Part shown: positions 39,403-49,375 of the stretch, piece by piece
Numbering within the stretch: position 1 is the stretch's first letter
How the letters are laid out: each line of letters starts with the position of its first letter
DNA from: a virus
Taxonomy: Duplodnaviria; Caudoviricetes
DNA length: 64,000 nt
Strand: one strand, 5' to 3'
IMG/VR virus record: IMGVR_UViG_2907128583_000005
Location: 64,001-128,000 of that record
Program-made: the position numbers and the translations under genes
Notes under the pieces: model-generated
What the model saw: the letters and a program-made list of their open reading frames with translations, nothing else
Told to the model about the DNA's origin: nothing
Database searches by the model: none

Positions 39403-40060
39403 AAATCACATCCAACTCAAAATCACGCTGCGGCTTTAACGTGTATAATGTTTTGCCTTTCTTCCTTACATATCTACAACAATTACCTGTGCCCCCCTTC
39501 GATCCATCCCAAGCAGCGACAGCGATTCGTGATTTATCTACCATGTATTCATTTCTTTTTTGCATTTTCGCTACATGATACTCACCAATAGGCACTCCCT
39601 CTACCCCATATAGTGGCAGCTCGTCTACATAAACAACTTCATCTGCTGTATCAAGCATCTTCTTGTACCACAGTTGGGTCTCTTTATCTGACCATTTTAT
39701 TGGCTGCTTTTTAAATGGTACAGCGACAATATTGACGATGCTGGAGTAGTAATTTTTCTTTAGTCCTTGTACTGTCCAAAAGGCTATTTGGTCAAACCCA
39801 ATTGCTCCACCGGATATAAAACGTTCAACTCCCTCATTCTTAATTAAGTCAATTAACACTGTTTCAATTTTGCTTTTTATGTATTTTGATTGTTTATCCA
39901 TAAGGCTGTAGCAATTTCCTAATTTATTCGGGCGGTGTCCTGTGAATGATACTGTTTTACTTTCTAGGTTCTCCTGTATTCTGCGTTCTTCACGTCTTCT
40001 GTTTATTTCTTCTCTTCCCTCAGGGGAGTTTAACCATGCAAAGTCAACCATTAGCATCAC
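39386..40060 (-). CDS. YspA/DUF1273 SLOG-family protein
   Basis: SFTGHRP, FISGGAIGFD, MQKRNEYMVD, WDGSKGGTGNC. Confidence 0.9.
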   Translation of the reverse strand: MMLMVDFAWLNSPEGREEINRRREERRIQENLESKTVSFTGHRPNKLGNCYSLMDKQSKYIKSKIETVLIDLIKNEGVERFISGGAIGFDQIAFWTVQGLKKNYYSSIVNIVAVPFKKQPIKWSDKETQLWYKKMLDTADEVVYVDELPLYGVEGVPIGEYHVAKMQKRNEYMVDKSRIAVAAWDGSKGGTGNCCRYVRKKGKTLYTLKPQRDFELDVIYGFNG

Positions 40061-40273
40061 CTCTTTCTTAAAAATCTAAAATCTCTGTAACGTTACAATT
40101 AAAATAAATGACCCCATCATTAAATAGAAATATGTTTTATGAGAGAATTTTGACTCGTTAGTGAAACTTATGAGGCGACAAGGTAGATATAATATTGCCA
40201 GCGCCGCCAACATACCCAAAGCAGTATTAAGATAAGAAATTAGAATTTTTTGTCACCCTTTATATTAAAATGT

Positions 40274-40474
40274 TCATTTTATCATTTCTTTTAGATCTGC
40301 CACAATTTCTTTGTATGTATACTCCCTTTCCAATGACCTAATCGAATCAATGGAATGAGGTTTAATGGGTAGACCTCCCCACTCATCTGGAACCATCACA
40401 GGATTTCTAAAAGCCTGTTCCGTAAGAATCTTTTCTTCATAGACAACTATCAACTTACTTAACTCTTCTTTCAT
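40274..40474 (-). CDS. hypothetical phage protein
   Basis: 66-aa ORF between palindromes. Confidence 0.65.
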   Translation of the reverse strand: MKEELSKLIVVYEEKILTEQAFRNPVMVPDEWGGLPIKPHSIDSIRSLEREYTYKEIVADLKEMIK

Positions 40475-40527
40475 CCTTCTCGTCCCTTCTAAATCAAATA
40501 TGTATTTGATTTGATTTTAATTGTTTA

Positions 40528-40938
40528 TTAATCCCGCACTACGCATCTATTGTTTTCCCAGTGTTCAATTATACCTCTGTCACTTTCTATTTCATTCAAA
40601 GCGTCTTTCGCCTTCAGAGCTTCTTCATAGTTAATGGTTGCAGAGAATACAATTCCACTTCTTCCTTTGACAACGTAAACTTCGTTTTTGATGGGCTTCA
40701 CATTCTCTCCAATTCCCTGCTTTTCCTCCCCTAAATCATCCAGTTCGCAACATGAATCAACATAAATATCAAAACTCCGCAAGAACGCTGCCTCCGCGTC
40801 AGTTAATTCTTCGCCCTCTTCCAGCTTATCATGCAACTCATTTGCTAGATCGAAAAGAGAACTCATCATTGCATCAAAACATTGATAATTGTAGTCCTCT
40901 CTTTCTTCCATAAGCAATTCTTCTTGTTCTTTGTTCAT
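40528..40938 (-). CDS. acidic hypothetical protein
   Basis: 136-aa ORF with AGGAG RBS; very D/E-rich N-terminal half. Confidence 0.75.
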   Translation of the reverse strand: MNKEQEELLMEEREDYNYQCFDAMMSSLFDLANELHDKLEEGEELTDAEAAFLRSFDIYVDSCCELDDLGEEKQGIGENVKPIKNEVYVVKGRSGIVFSATINYEEALKAKDALNEIESDRGIIEHWENNRCVVRD

Positions 40939-40969
40939 AGTTTAATTCTCCTATTCGTATGTATTTATT

Positions 40970-41179
40970 CTAAGCAAATCCTCTACACTCATTTATCTCG
41001 TACTCATCTTCAAATCTATCTTGGATAGTCTCGTCTGGGCTATTACACGTCTCAAAGCAATTATATTCCTCCTGTTGAGACAGATCTCCACATTCATGTT
41101 CGAAGTTCTTGCATTTCAAGCAAATACTATCTGTGTTAATCTTCATTTTTCTACCTCCGTTTTTCTCCTTTATATTCAC
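40970..41179 (-). CDS. small Cys-rich protein
   Basis: CLKC..C..C..C..C; likely start MKINTD. Confidence 0.6.
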   Translation of the reverse strand: MNIKEKNGGRKMKINTDSICLKCKNFEHECGDLSQQEEYNCFETCNSPDETIQDRFEDEYEINECRGFA

Positions 41180-41234
41180 TTATGCTCCGTTTTTCAAGCT
41201 CGATATTTTAATGAAACACGCATTTTACACCAAA

Positions 41235-41492
41235 TCAATCGTAATAATTTTCAACTGCATCATTTGCTAGTTTAAAAATATCATCATCTTTTGTCTGCAC
41301 CGTAATCTTGTATAATACTTTTTTAAGCTTTTCGCTTCTTTTGTTCCACATCTTACAAGCTCGATCACACATAGTCCACTCTGCCTGAATGATCTTGTTT
41401 TCTTCCTCTAGGATTCTAATCTTTTCCATTAAACTTTCAATCGTTTTGCCCATTCCAATAATTTCGTCAGCACTAATCTTACATTCGCTCAT
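41235..41492 (-). CDS. hypothetical phage protein
   Basis: 85-aa ORF with GGGAG RBS. Confidence 0.7.
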   Translation of the reverse strand: MSECKISADEIIGMGKTIESLMEKIRILEEENKIIQAEWTMCDRACKMWNKRSEKLKKVLYKITVQTKDDDIFKLANDAVENYYD

Positions 41493-41533
41493 TTTAATTT
41501 CTCCCTTTTAATGTTTTAATAAAATTTGACTTT

Positions 41534-41902
41534 TCAATTGCTATTCAATAAAGACAAATCGTACCCAGAATCAATAAACATAATTGTCTTCTTTCTATTG
41601 CAGTCATTACCCAAATATGTATATATCTCATCCATATCGTCTGCTGTAAAATTAGTTCCTAAATATTCATTGATAATTGCCCTAAATCGTTTCTGCCAAT
41701 ACTTACTTACTCCCTTGCAGCTTGGTCGCGATAACCATGCCAAGACCTTTCTTTTGATATCCCATTCTGTCTCAACATCCTCAAGAAGAAGAAATATGTT
41801 ATTCTTGGGTTCGATTATTAACTCGAACTTGGAATTGATAAAACAATCAGGCGAATAACGCTCAACAACTCTCATAAATTTTTGTATTTCAATTAGGTTC
41901 AT
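41534..41902 (-). CDS. conserved hypothetical phage protein
   Basis: 122-aa ORF; KVLAWLSR..IYTYLGN..FIDSGYD. Confidence 0.75.
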   Translation of the reverse strand: MNLIEIQKFMRVVERYSPDCFINSKFELIIEPKNNIFLLLEDVETEWDIKRKVLAWLSRPSCKGVSKYWQKRFRAIINEYLGTNFTADDMDEIYTYLGNDCNRKKTIMFIDSGYDLSLLNSN

Positions 41903-41916
41903 ATCGCTCTCCTTAT

Positions 41917-42165
41917 TTATTTACTGAAGCAATCATTAGTGCTCTCACGGATTCTTTTAATTAAATCCTCGCCCTTTTCTTCGTCCCATTGATTTAAATA
42001 AATACACTTCCAACCCAAGCAGTATTTTTTCTTCTGGTAGATTTTTAATTTTTGAACAAGTTTGTAGTAAGTCATCCCATGTTCTCTACTCGTATTAACT
42101 CTTACTTCATCAATTTTTATCATGTATCGTTTACCATCTTCGTTCCAATACTTCTTATACATCAA
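41917..42165 (-). CDS. hypothetical phage protein
   Basis: 82-aa ORF with AGGAGG RBS. Confidence 0.65.
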   Translation of the reverse strand: MMYKKYWNEDGKRYMIKIDEVRVNTSREHGMTYYKLVQKLKIYQKKKYCLGWKCIYLNQWDEEKGEDLIKRIRESTNDCFSK

Positions 42166-42340
42166 TTTCCTCCTTCTTAGAAAAAATATTCAGTAAATAA
42201 TCTTCATATATCGATCTAAACGCCTCTTCTTCCTGCTCCCACAAATTTTCTGAGACATCTATCCCATATCCAGCATTACATCCTTGTCGGAAAAAATAAC
42301 AACATAACTGCCTAAAATCATCTTTTTTTATGTATGGCAT
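42155..42340 (-). CDS. hypothetical phage protein
   Basis: 61-aa ORF with GGGAG RBS. Confidence 0.65.
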   Translation of the reverse strand: MPYIKKDDFRQLCCYFFRQGCNAGYGIDVSENLWEQEEEAFRSIYEDYLLNIFSKKEEIDV

Positions 42341-42343
42341 ATT

Positions 42344-42532
42344 TTACGGCTCCCATTTATAAAGCTCATATTTATCATCTGTCAATTTATAAAAATCGGA
42401 ACTATAGTCTCCCGAAAACTTTTCATTCAGGAAATCAACAATAGCGTTGCCATAGTGCTCACTTACATTCTCACAAACTAATTTGTCACTCACTGATTCC
42501 CTGTCAAAATTATCTATGCAGACAATCTTCAT
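42344..42532 (-). CDS. hypothetical phage protein
   Basis: 62-aa ORF coupled to the upstream stop. Confidence 0.7.
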   Translation of the reverse strand: MKIVCIDNFDRESVSDKLVCENVSEHYGNAIVDFLNEKFSGDYSSDFYKLTDDKYELYKWEP

Positions 42533-42753
42533 TCTAATTCCTCCAACGCTTCCTCTAAACTTTTAATTTCGCCCCAACCATATTTATAATAAAAGCTATG
42601 GTGATTATCATGACTATCTATGTATAACTCATAGTAATCTTCGCCTTCTTCGTTGCATCCATTCACCCACCATATATCCATGTTTGGGTCATTTGTTCGC
42701 TCTCCTACCATGTGCCTTGTGACATCTGGCAATCTTTTTAACTCAATAATCAT
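42529..42753 (-). CDS. hypothetical phage protein
   Basis: 74-aa ORF with AGGAGG RBS. Confidence 0.7.
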   Translation of the reverse strand: MIIELKRLPDVTRHMVGERTNDPNMDIWWVNGCNEEGEDYYELYIDSHDNHHSFYYKYGWGEIKSLEEALEELE

Positions 42754-42987
42754 ATTTTCTCCTCCTTATAAAACGTGCCTTTTACTGAAACAGTTTAATG
42801 AACTCCTCTTTCTTTGCGCTTGCTTCATTCTCCAATTTTACTAATTCAGAATTTCTTCCCCAAGATGATAACACGATAGTCATCGCGCTCGTTTCTTTAT
42901 TTACTTGATCGTTAAACATTTTTATTATTTTCTTGTATTGAGCTTCTGATATTTTTCTCATTGTTCAACTCCTTATGAAACAGACCA

Positions 42988-43179
42988 TCAACTATTCTTA
43001 ATTAAGTTTACTTTATTATCAATAAATTCAATCGTTCTCTCAAATGCTGAGTAATCTAAGTTGTTCATTGTTTCTTCTTGTAACTCAAGTAAAGTTTCCT
43101 TAATAGCTTTGTAGTGTTGAAGAATCATTCTCTTTTCGTTGACTTGTAGTTTATTATTATCGAAGCGTCCCATACCCAA
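42988..43179 (-). CDS. hypothetical phage protein
   Basis: ORF of about 60 aa. Confidence 0.6.
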   Translation of the reverse strand: MGMGRFDNNKLQVNEKRMILQHYKAIKETLLELQEETMNNLDYSAFERTIEFIDNKVNLIKNS

Positions 43180-43212
43180 TTCTCCCCTTTCTTAATAAAA
43201 GAACTCTTTTAG

Positions 43213-43617
43213 CTAATTTCTATGATCGATTGTCCAAACAACTTCCTTATGATTGTTACTTTGAGATTGAAATTTCCATCCATTGTTTGTCATTTCTACG
43301 GCGTGTTGAAGATACTCTTCATAATTTTCATATTCATAAGTTTTAATTTCATACAGAAGCTTTGGCAAACTGCTTTCCTCCTCTATACTTTCTTTTTTCA
43401 ATTGTATAACTTCAGAATGATTAGCTTGCTTGCTAATTAGCGACTCTGGAATTAAGTATCCTCTACAAATCGGACATTTGTCATAATCAAATACCCACTT
43501 CTCCCCACAGCCCTCATAGTGAGATAGATGGAATAAATGCCTCTTGGGTACTCCAATACAGTGATACATTTTACTCACCTCTTTTTTTGAATTGATATGT
43601 ATCTTTCCATAAATCAA
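43213..43617 (-). CDS. hypothetical Zn-ribbon-like protein
   Basis: C..GC...CPIC; likely start MYHCIG after GAGGTG. Confidence 0.6.
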   Translation of the reverse strand: MIYGKIHINSKKEVSKMYHCIGVPKRHLFHLSHYEGCGEKWVFDYDKCPICRGYLIPESLISKQANHSEVIQLKKESIEEESSLPKLLYEIKTYEYENYEEYLQHAVEMTNNGWKFQSQSNNHKEVVWTIDHRN

Positions 43618-43660
43618 TTATAGCATCCATCTTGTTTGATATCAATATATTTCATTATTT
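43618..43660 (-). promoter_or_regulatory. sigmaA-type promoter with upstream AAATAATGAAATA box
   Basis: TTGATA-17 bp-TATAAT. Confidence 0.65.
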
Positions 43661-43674
43661 TTGCTTATTTAAAT

Positions 43675-43700
43675 AAAAAAAACCTCCATTAAAGGAGGCT
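43675..43700 (-). terminator. intrinsic terminator after the Gp157-like gene
   Basis: CCTCC/GGAGG stem followed by U8. Confidence 0.75.
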
Positions 43701-43705
43701 TTGCA

Positions 43706-44218
43706 CTAACTAATACGCAAATGCTTTTTATCTGTCACTAATTCAACACCTTCAACAACTTTACCCTGTTTTACGGCAGCCAATAACCCCTTGGTATCAA
43801 TCTTATCGGGTTGCGGAATTCTGTATGTATTAGGAATAGCTCTTTCATTCACAATATTAATGGATGGAGGATTCTTTTGTAGTCTAACTTTAAATAGACC
43901 TGCGTCTATCTTGTCAATTTTATTTACTTCTAGCACAGCTTGAGTGTAGCTCTTTAATCCTTCTATTTTGTTCTGAAGGTATTTGCGTTTTTTTGCAAGT
44001 CGATCTTCTTCTTCTTTTAAGGCTTTGATATCTCCCTCGATGTTTTTCATGAACTTAGCGATATTCTCTGCCTTATTACTAATCTCATCTTCAATAGATT
44101 CTAGTGTCTCAATGTACAGTTGCAAATCATCTTCCGTTAAATCGTCATTGTCCCACGCAGAATCTACAAAATTGTTAAATACTCTATACTGCTCCCCAAG
44201 CTCATATAACTTACTCAT
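43706..44218 (-). CDS. Siphovirus Gp157 family protein
   Basis: MSKLYEL...KAENIAK..IKALKEEEDRL...LQKNPPS...KIDTK...GVEL. Confidence 0.9.
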   Translation of the reverse strand: MSKLYELGEQYRVFNNFVDSAWDNDDLTEDDLQLYIETLESIEDEISNKAENIAKFMKNIEGDIKALKEEEDRLAKKRKYLQNKIEGLKSYTQAVLEVNKIDKIDAGLFKVRLQKNPPSINIVNERAIPNTYRIPQPDKIDTKGLLAAVKQGKVVEGVELVTDKKHLRIS

Positions 44219-44393
44219 ACTTTATCATCCTTTTGTATGTATTATGGTAAAATCTATGTTTTATACTAGTAAATAGTAACAAAACTTTTCCTTGCTATAT
44301 ATTTTTATTCATATTATACTTTTTCAGTAAGTTTTTTTGGGAAGTAATGCTGGCCAGCTTACTATATAACCCCAATATCAAGGAGGATATACT

Positions 44394-45554
44394 ATGTTAA
44401 AAGTAGCTAAAGTTGCTTTATCTGTTTTGCTCCTATCAGCATCAATCCCTTCTTTAATGGCAAATGCCCAAGAAAATGCTACTCCCAACAACTATGACCA
44501 GTATATTAAAGAAGCGATTGAACAAGAAATCTTACTAGATAAAGGTGCATCTAGTACTGCAAAAGGCATGTCAACTTTGAGCAATAAGGAATTCGATAAA
44601 ACTTTAGACAACATCACAGAAAGTTCTAGCATTAGTCAAACCACAAAGGAAAACATCAAAAAATTAGAAAATGCAGAAGTTGTTCTTCTAGACTTCGATT
44701 CAGATGGAGAATTAATTAACGCAACTTCCTCCGATAAAGGCGATATCCGATCAAACTTTGAAACAAGAGAAATCACAACTACAGAATCTACATACGGAAC
44801 TGAACCACATGAAAGAATCTCTACACAATCTTACTTAGGTAATCAAGGAAACACAGCAGGCAAAGAAACAGGGGCATTCCATCGCCTTCAAACTCCCGCT
44901 AGTAACACTAATAAAATATATAATGGCGTAGTTGCAGACTCTGTTGTTTTGCCAACTTATAATATCACTGATGCTTTGAAATATTCAGAGGCAGCCTACT
45001 TATACACTGGTGTTGATGGAGTAGCTGAAGTTGGATTTGAAGGAATTGCTTCTCAGTTTACTCCAGCTGGGTGGTATCCAATGTTCCATGCAAAATCAAA
45101 TCATACTGTTGATTCAGGAAATACCAATGGCATACCACAACCTAGTAGTGGAAAATATTATTATGATACAACTAAAAAGTTCTATGGTGGTGACAAAATT
45201 AACGGCTATAAAGTATATTATTACTCAACAGACTCAACCCTCACCATTAGAGAGCAAATAAATTACTCGGATATTTATGTTGTTAGATTTAATGGGTTAG
45301 GAAGTACAGGTAGATCAGTTAAGCGGCTAACTGCAATAGCTATGGGCTCTGCCACTTCAACCACCAGCCCATTCCACTATGGATACACTACACCTGCTAT
45401 TTGGAACAATATGAAATTTCTAACTAACAATAGTTCCAGTTCAGTTTACCCAAGTAGTGTCTCCGGATTAAGCAACGATGTATGGACTCATGGAGGAAAA
45501 ATAGATTATACCACGTCAGGGCAGTCAGAAAGATATGTCTTTTCAGTAAATTGA
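44394..45554 (+). CDS. secreted protein (moron) with signal peptide, acidic pro-like region and S/T/Y/G-rich domain
   Basis: Sec signal ending ANA; AAGGAGG RBS; own promoter TTGCTA-17 bp-TATACT at 44292-44320. Confidence 0.85.
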   Translation: MLKVAKVALSVLLLSASIPSLMANAQENATPNNYDQYIKEAIEQEILLDKGASSTAKGMSTLSNKEFDKTLDNITESSSISQTTKENIKKLENAEVVLLDFDSDGELINATSSDKGDIRSNFETREITTTESTYGTEPHERISTQSYLGNQGNTAGKETGAFHRLQTPASNTNKIYNGVVADSVVLPTYNITDALKYSEAAYLYTGVDGVAEVGFEGIASQFTPAGWYPMFHAKSNHTVDSGNTNGIPQPSSGKYYYDTTKKFYGGDKINGYKVYYYSTDSTLTIREQINYSDIYVVRFNGLGSTGRSVKRLTAIAMGSATSTTSPFHYGYTTPAIWNNMKFLTNNSSSSVYPSSVSGLSNDVWTHGGKIDYTTSGQSERYVFSVN

Positions 45555-45585
45555 TTGTACTTTGAATTAAAAGGAGAAAGACATC

Positions 45586-46056
45586 ATGAAAAGATTCTTT
45601 ATGGTTTCTGTGTTTCTTATTTTTTCACTTGCATTAAGCGTACAAGCCAGTGCAACAAAACATCCTTATAATTACACAATTAATGTGGAGGTAAACAATG
45701 TTCCTGTTAATTTCGGAACTAATTCAGATGCGCCTCCGTATATTGATAATGCTACAAATACAGCTTTTGTTCCTCTTCGTTTTGTTTCTGAAAATTTAGG
45801 TGGCAAAGTAACAGATTGGAATAAAGCTTTGCAACAAGTCACCATCCAATCGAAAGACGGAACTGTAATTAAATTAGCGGTCGGTAGCAAAATTGCGTAT
45901 GTCAATGGTGAAAAGAAAACCTTGCTTGTTGCACCGCAAAGTCCGGCAACTCGCATTCAAGTTCCATTGCGAATTGTTTCTGAAGTATTGGGAGCTAAAG
46001 TTAATGCTAAAAAAATAGATGGAACATTGAATGTGAACATTACAACTTCCAATTAA
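45586..46056 (+). CDS. copper amine oxidase N-terminal (stalk) domain secreted protein
   Basis: Signal peptide; AFVPLRFVSENLGGKV and VPLRIVSEVLGAKV repeats. Confidence 0.9.
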   Translation: MKRFFMVSVFLIFSLALSVQASATKHPYNYTINVEVNNVPVNFGTNSDAPPYIDNATNTAFVPLRFVSENLGGKVTDWNKALQQVTIQSKDGTVIKLAVGSKIAYVNGEKKTLLVAPQSPATRIQVPLRIVSEVLGAKVNAKKIDGTLNVNITTSN

Positions 46057-46070
46057 TAATTCTCTAATCT

Positions 46071-46100
46071 AGACCACCTTTATGATAAGGTGGTCTTTTT
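46071..46100 (+). terminator. intrinsic terminator
   Basis: AGACCACCTT/AAGGTGGTCT stem followed by a T-run. Confidence 0.85.
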
Positions 46101-46291
46101 CATGTTGTTTTTGTTCGACTTAGGAAGAGTGATCCTTTTTCCCAGCTTTTTGAAAGATAGACTTTAAAAGAATTAAAACTTTGTTGTATAATCTTGACTC
46201 AATAAAAGTCCTCTTTTATACAATTACTTGTGCTTTATTTAATGAGAAGTCTATAATATAAATACTAACTCTCACTAAAGGTGGTAACTTA

Positions 46292-46735
46292 ATGGTGCTC
46301 TCTCCTAAGCCACTCAAAGAATTTGATAAATCAAAAATCAATTTTTCTGACGGCACTCGTTACTTATTAAATAGTAGAAAAAATACTGCAATCAAGATAC
46401 CATCAACTGTAATTAAATTGTTACTGAAATTAAATGCTAACATATTTCTAGCGGACACTTTGATCACAGCTCTTCATCTAAGGTCATTTGGACATGATGA
46501 CCTTATAATTAAAAACTGGCACGAATCTTCTTATCGCATGTATGCATTCCCCAATTCAGAGCCAAACCAGAGGTTTTTGAAGTTTATGAGTACCGTATTT
46601 AAGTCAACGTCTCACGAACTAACTGAGAACGAAGTGGATACCTTAATCTACTTTTTTGCAAGAGTTCCTCATGGATATGCCCTCCCCGATAACCTTATTC
46701 ATTGTCACTATGAACTGAGACACACTATTCTCTAG
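46292..46735 (+). CDS. plus-strand hypothetical protein (moron)
   Basis: AAGGTGG RBS, upstream TATAAT, downstream hairpin GAGCGG/CTGCTC plus T-run. Confidence 0.7.
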   Translation: MVLSPKPLKEFDKSKINFSDGTRYLLNSRKNTAIKIPSTVIKLLLKLNANIFLADTLITALHLRSFGHDDLIIKNWHESSYRMYAFPNSEPNQRFLKFMSTVFKSTSHELTENEVDTLIYFFARVPHGYALPDNLIHCHYELRHTIL

Positions 46736-46772
46736 GGAGCGGTCTGTAAGGCTGCTCTTTTTAATCAAATTT

Positions 46773-46976
46773 CTATTTGATTAGATTCAAATAAATAGAA
46801 CAAGCTAGAATAAAAGCTACAATATCGTCGATAGTTCTAGGTGTGATTGTGCCATAAAATATTTTTTCTGCAATCGTCCATAGAAGACCTATCACGCAGT
46901 AAATTACCAATACATTAATAAAATCAATGATAAAAAGAAGTGTGCCAGTAAAAAAGTTAACCAAGAATATAACCAC
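46773..46976 (-). CDS. small membrane protein
   Basis: Hydrophobic ORF between palindromes. Confidence 0.6.
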   Translation of the reverse strand: MVIFLVNFFTGTLLFIIDFINVLVIYCVIGLLWTIAEKIFYGTITPRTIDDIVAFILACSIYLNLIK

Positions 46977-47032
46977 TCCTTTCTAAGCAATTAGCATTGC
47001 TTCTATTTGCTTCAACTAAAATTGCGATTTTA

Positions 47033-47824
47033 TTAATAATATAAATCGTCTAAAAATCGTTCTTTATGTATCAACAATTCTTCTTTAATTTCTTTATAGC
47101 TCTTTTTCAGCAATAACAACGAAGCAATAGTCTTTTCTACTTTTACTACTTTTCTCAAGTCTTCCGTAGAAAGCGCATCTCTTAAATTATCATTCTTATC
47201 CAGATCGTAGTATTCTTTCATTTTCTTTGCGTTAGAATCAAAAATAATCTGATAGACTAAGTTCGTAAATGTTGAATACTCAAATCCATCTTTTAATCCA
47301 CCAATGAAATAGTGTTTGATAGCATCTGTCAGTTGAACACGTTCAATCCGTGCTATTTCTCTTTGTACTGCCCATTCCTTTTGTTCTTTTAATGATACTT
47401 GCTCAATGTTCAATAAATAATGTCTTATTGATTTTGCTATTTCGCTATCTCTAAGCAGCATACCAATTCTAAGCATACCTCTTCTATTTAATAACATTAA
47501 GCTTCTTGTTTTGCTTCCTACAATTTTGTCAGGTACATTATGTACCTCGCAAAATTTAGCTAATGACTTACCTTTTAGTACTCTAACTTCTGAATAATCA
47601 TTAAACTCCTCTCTATTTCTTTTAATAACTTGTTTAACAGTTTCAATGCTTGTTTCATAATAATTCGAAATAGTCTCAATAGTAACTTCGTTTTTGTCAC
47701 CTAGAGTAGCAAAGAAACTAAAGCGTTCAAGCACATTATCTCGGAATACATGATCGTCTCGCAGATCTCTTAGTTCAATTAAATTTTCTTCGTTTATGTT
47801 TTTATTATTTTTATCTTTTCTCAA
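47033..47824 (-). CDS. putative phage DNA-binding/antirepressor-like protein
   Basis: RRGMLRIGMLLRDSEIAKSIRHYLL domain plus R..LTDAIK...YSTFTNLVY...NLRD C-terminal domain. Confidence 0.6.
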   Translation of the reverse strand: MRKDKNNKNINEENLIELRDLRDDHVFRDNVLERFSFFATLGDKNEVTIETISNYYETSIETVKQVIKRNREEFNDYSEVRVLKGKSLAKFCEVHNVPDKIVGSKTRSLMLLNRRGMLRIGMLLRDSEIAKSIRHYLLNIEQVSLKEQKEWAVQREIARIERVQLTDAIKHYFIGGLKDGFEYSTFTNLVYQIIFDSNAKKMKEYYDLDKNDNLRDALSTEDLRKVVKVEKTIASLLLLKKSYKEIKEELLIHKERFLDDLYY

Positions 47825-47857
47825 TTTAGCATTTCCTTTCTATATAAAATTCTTATT

Positions 47858-48352
47858 TCACAGTATTTTTTGGTTAGATCTCCACATTAAATCCATGTAT
47901 CCATCTTGACTATCAATTCCCCAATCTTCAAAAATCGACTCTACTGTTTCTTCCTTTGATATGACTATGAATAAATCTCCAAGTTTACCTATGTATGTTT
48001 TTTGAGCTTCGTTTGAATAATCACTTTCACCTTCCCAATGGACATATATCTCATCCTTTGAGTCATCATCGTACACAATATCGATAACAACAATATCACC
48101 ACTAGTAAGACGGTCAAAGGTGTTTTGTTTAAAACCTTCATCTTCCACACCAAACACTTGATAGTCTGTATTTGCATTTTTATTAACAACAATTGAAAAA
48201 GTATCGCATATATCCATAAATCTAATGTCGCCATAATGTCGAATAATGCTTTTTCTAACATTAGTAACACTAAAATTTCCTATGTATTTGGCATCAATCG
48301 ATAAAGATTCACAATTCTCTAAACCAAACAAAATCTCTTTTAATTTCTTCAT
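47858..48352 (-). CDS. hypothetical phage protein
   Basis: 164-aa ORF. Confidence 0.75.
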   Translation of the reverse strand: MKKLKEILFGLENCESLSIDAKYIGNFSVTNVRKSIIRHYGDIRFMDICDTFSIVVNKNANTDYQVFGVEDEGFKQNTFDRLTSGDIVVIDIVYDDDSKDEIYVHWEGESDYSNEAQKTYIGKLGDLFIVISKEETVESIFEDWGIDSQDGYMDLMWRSNQKIL

Positions 48353-48363
48353 TAAACCACTTC

Positions 48364-48639
48364 CTATGTATTTTTATTTGATCTAGCTTTAGCCATTCTA
48401 TCGGCAGCAGCCTTTCTCTGTTCGGGTGTCCAGTTACGTCCACTACTCTTGGTACGAAATGAAACCTGTCCATAATCACCCTTGAAGTAGTGACCACCAT
48501 CTGCATCAACTCGAAGCAGCTCTAAACCAGCCTTTTTGATTTTTGTGATTGTTTTAGGTGAGCAACTATACACTTCCCACTCATTTGTTTCATCGTTACA
48601 GACACATACTGTTTCACGCTCAATTGCTGTTAGACTCAT
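48364..48639 (-). CDS. conserved hypothetical phage protein
   Basis: ERETV...TPEQRKAAADRM. Confidence 0.75.
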   Translation of the reverse strand: MSLTAIERETVCVCNDETNEWEVYSCSPKTITKIKKAGLELLRVDADGGHYFKGDYGQVSFRTKSSGRNWTPEQRKAAADRMAKARSNKNT

Positions 48640-49151
48640 TATTTTTTGGATCTCGCTTTCTTAAGTTTATTTAAAATTTTTCGTGCCTTTTTTGAGGCAG
48701 TAGCCTCTTCGTGCAGTACCGATGATACTATATGATCTGTATTTATCAGTTTAACTTTTTCACTTTCTACTTTTCTGCCTTCAAGAAAAGCCCCTCTTAA
48801 TTCGATTTCTTTCAATGCCTTATCTCTACTCTTCTCATCGTCATATTCAACATCTACCCAATACTCCATTATCCCATCAACCCCATGGACAACCTCAGCT
48901 ATTTCATAATGATTTCCCTCAATACTTATACTTTCACCCTTGTCTAATAACCTATGGAACTGGTCTGTTTCTTTAAGTGTAATGAGTTCTAAATCTTTTG
49001 TCTTTTTAAATCCTAAACGACCATCATTATCCGATTTATCATTATATTTAAAGTCGCCGATCCCAATAGAATAACCCCACCAACTTAAAGGCTGACTTCT
49101 CTCCATATAATAAATTTTCTTAGTAGTTCTTGCCTTTATAATACTCTTCAT
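48639..49151 (-). CDS. hypothetical phage protein
   Basis: 170-aa ORF with AGGGG RBS. Confidence 0.75.
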   Translation of the reverse strand: MKSIIKARTTKKIYYMERSQPLSWWGYSIGIGDFKYNDKSDNDGRLGFKKTKDLELITLKETDQFHRLLDKGESISIEGNHYEIAEVVHGVDGIMEYWVDVEYDDEKSRDKALKEIELRGAFLEGRKVESEKVKLINTDHIVSSVLHEEATASKKARKILNKLKKARSKK

Positions 49152-49375
49152 TTGTACATTCCCCTTTCAGTGTAAAAGTTTCATTTCATCGTGTTTCTGT
49201 TTGTTCTATCTTCAAACGACTATTCAAATGACCACAGATCTTACATCTTTTTTCATGAGTGAACCAATTTCCTTCTTTGACTTCAAGCAATTCGTATTCA
49301 TGCTTATGATTACTTTTTTTAGTCGGCATAATGCCCTCCATTTCAAAACCCTATCATTATGAAATGCTGATTTCA

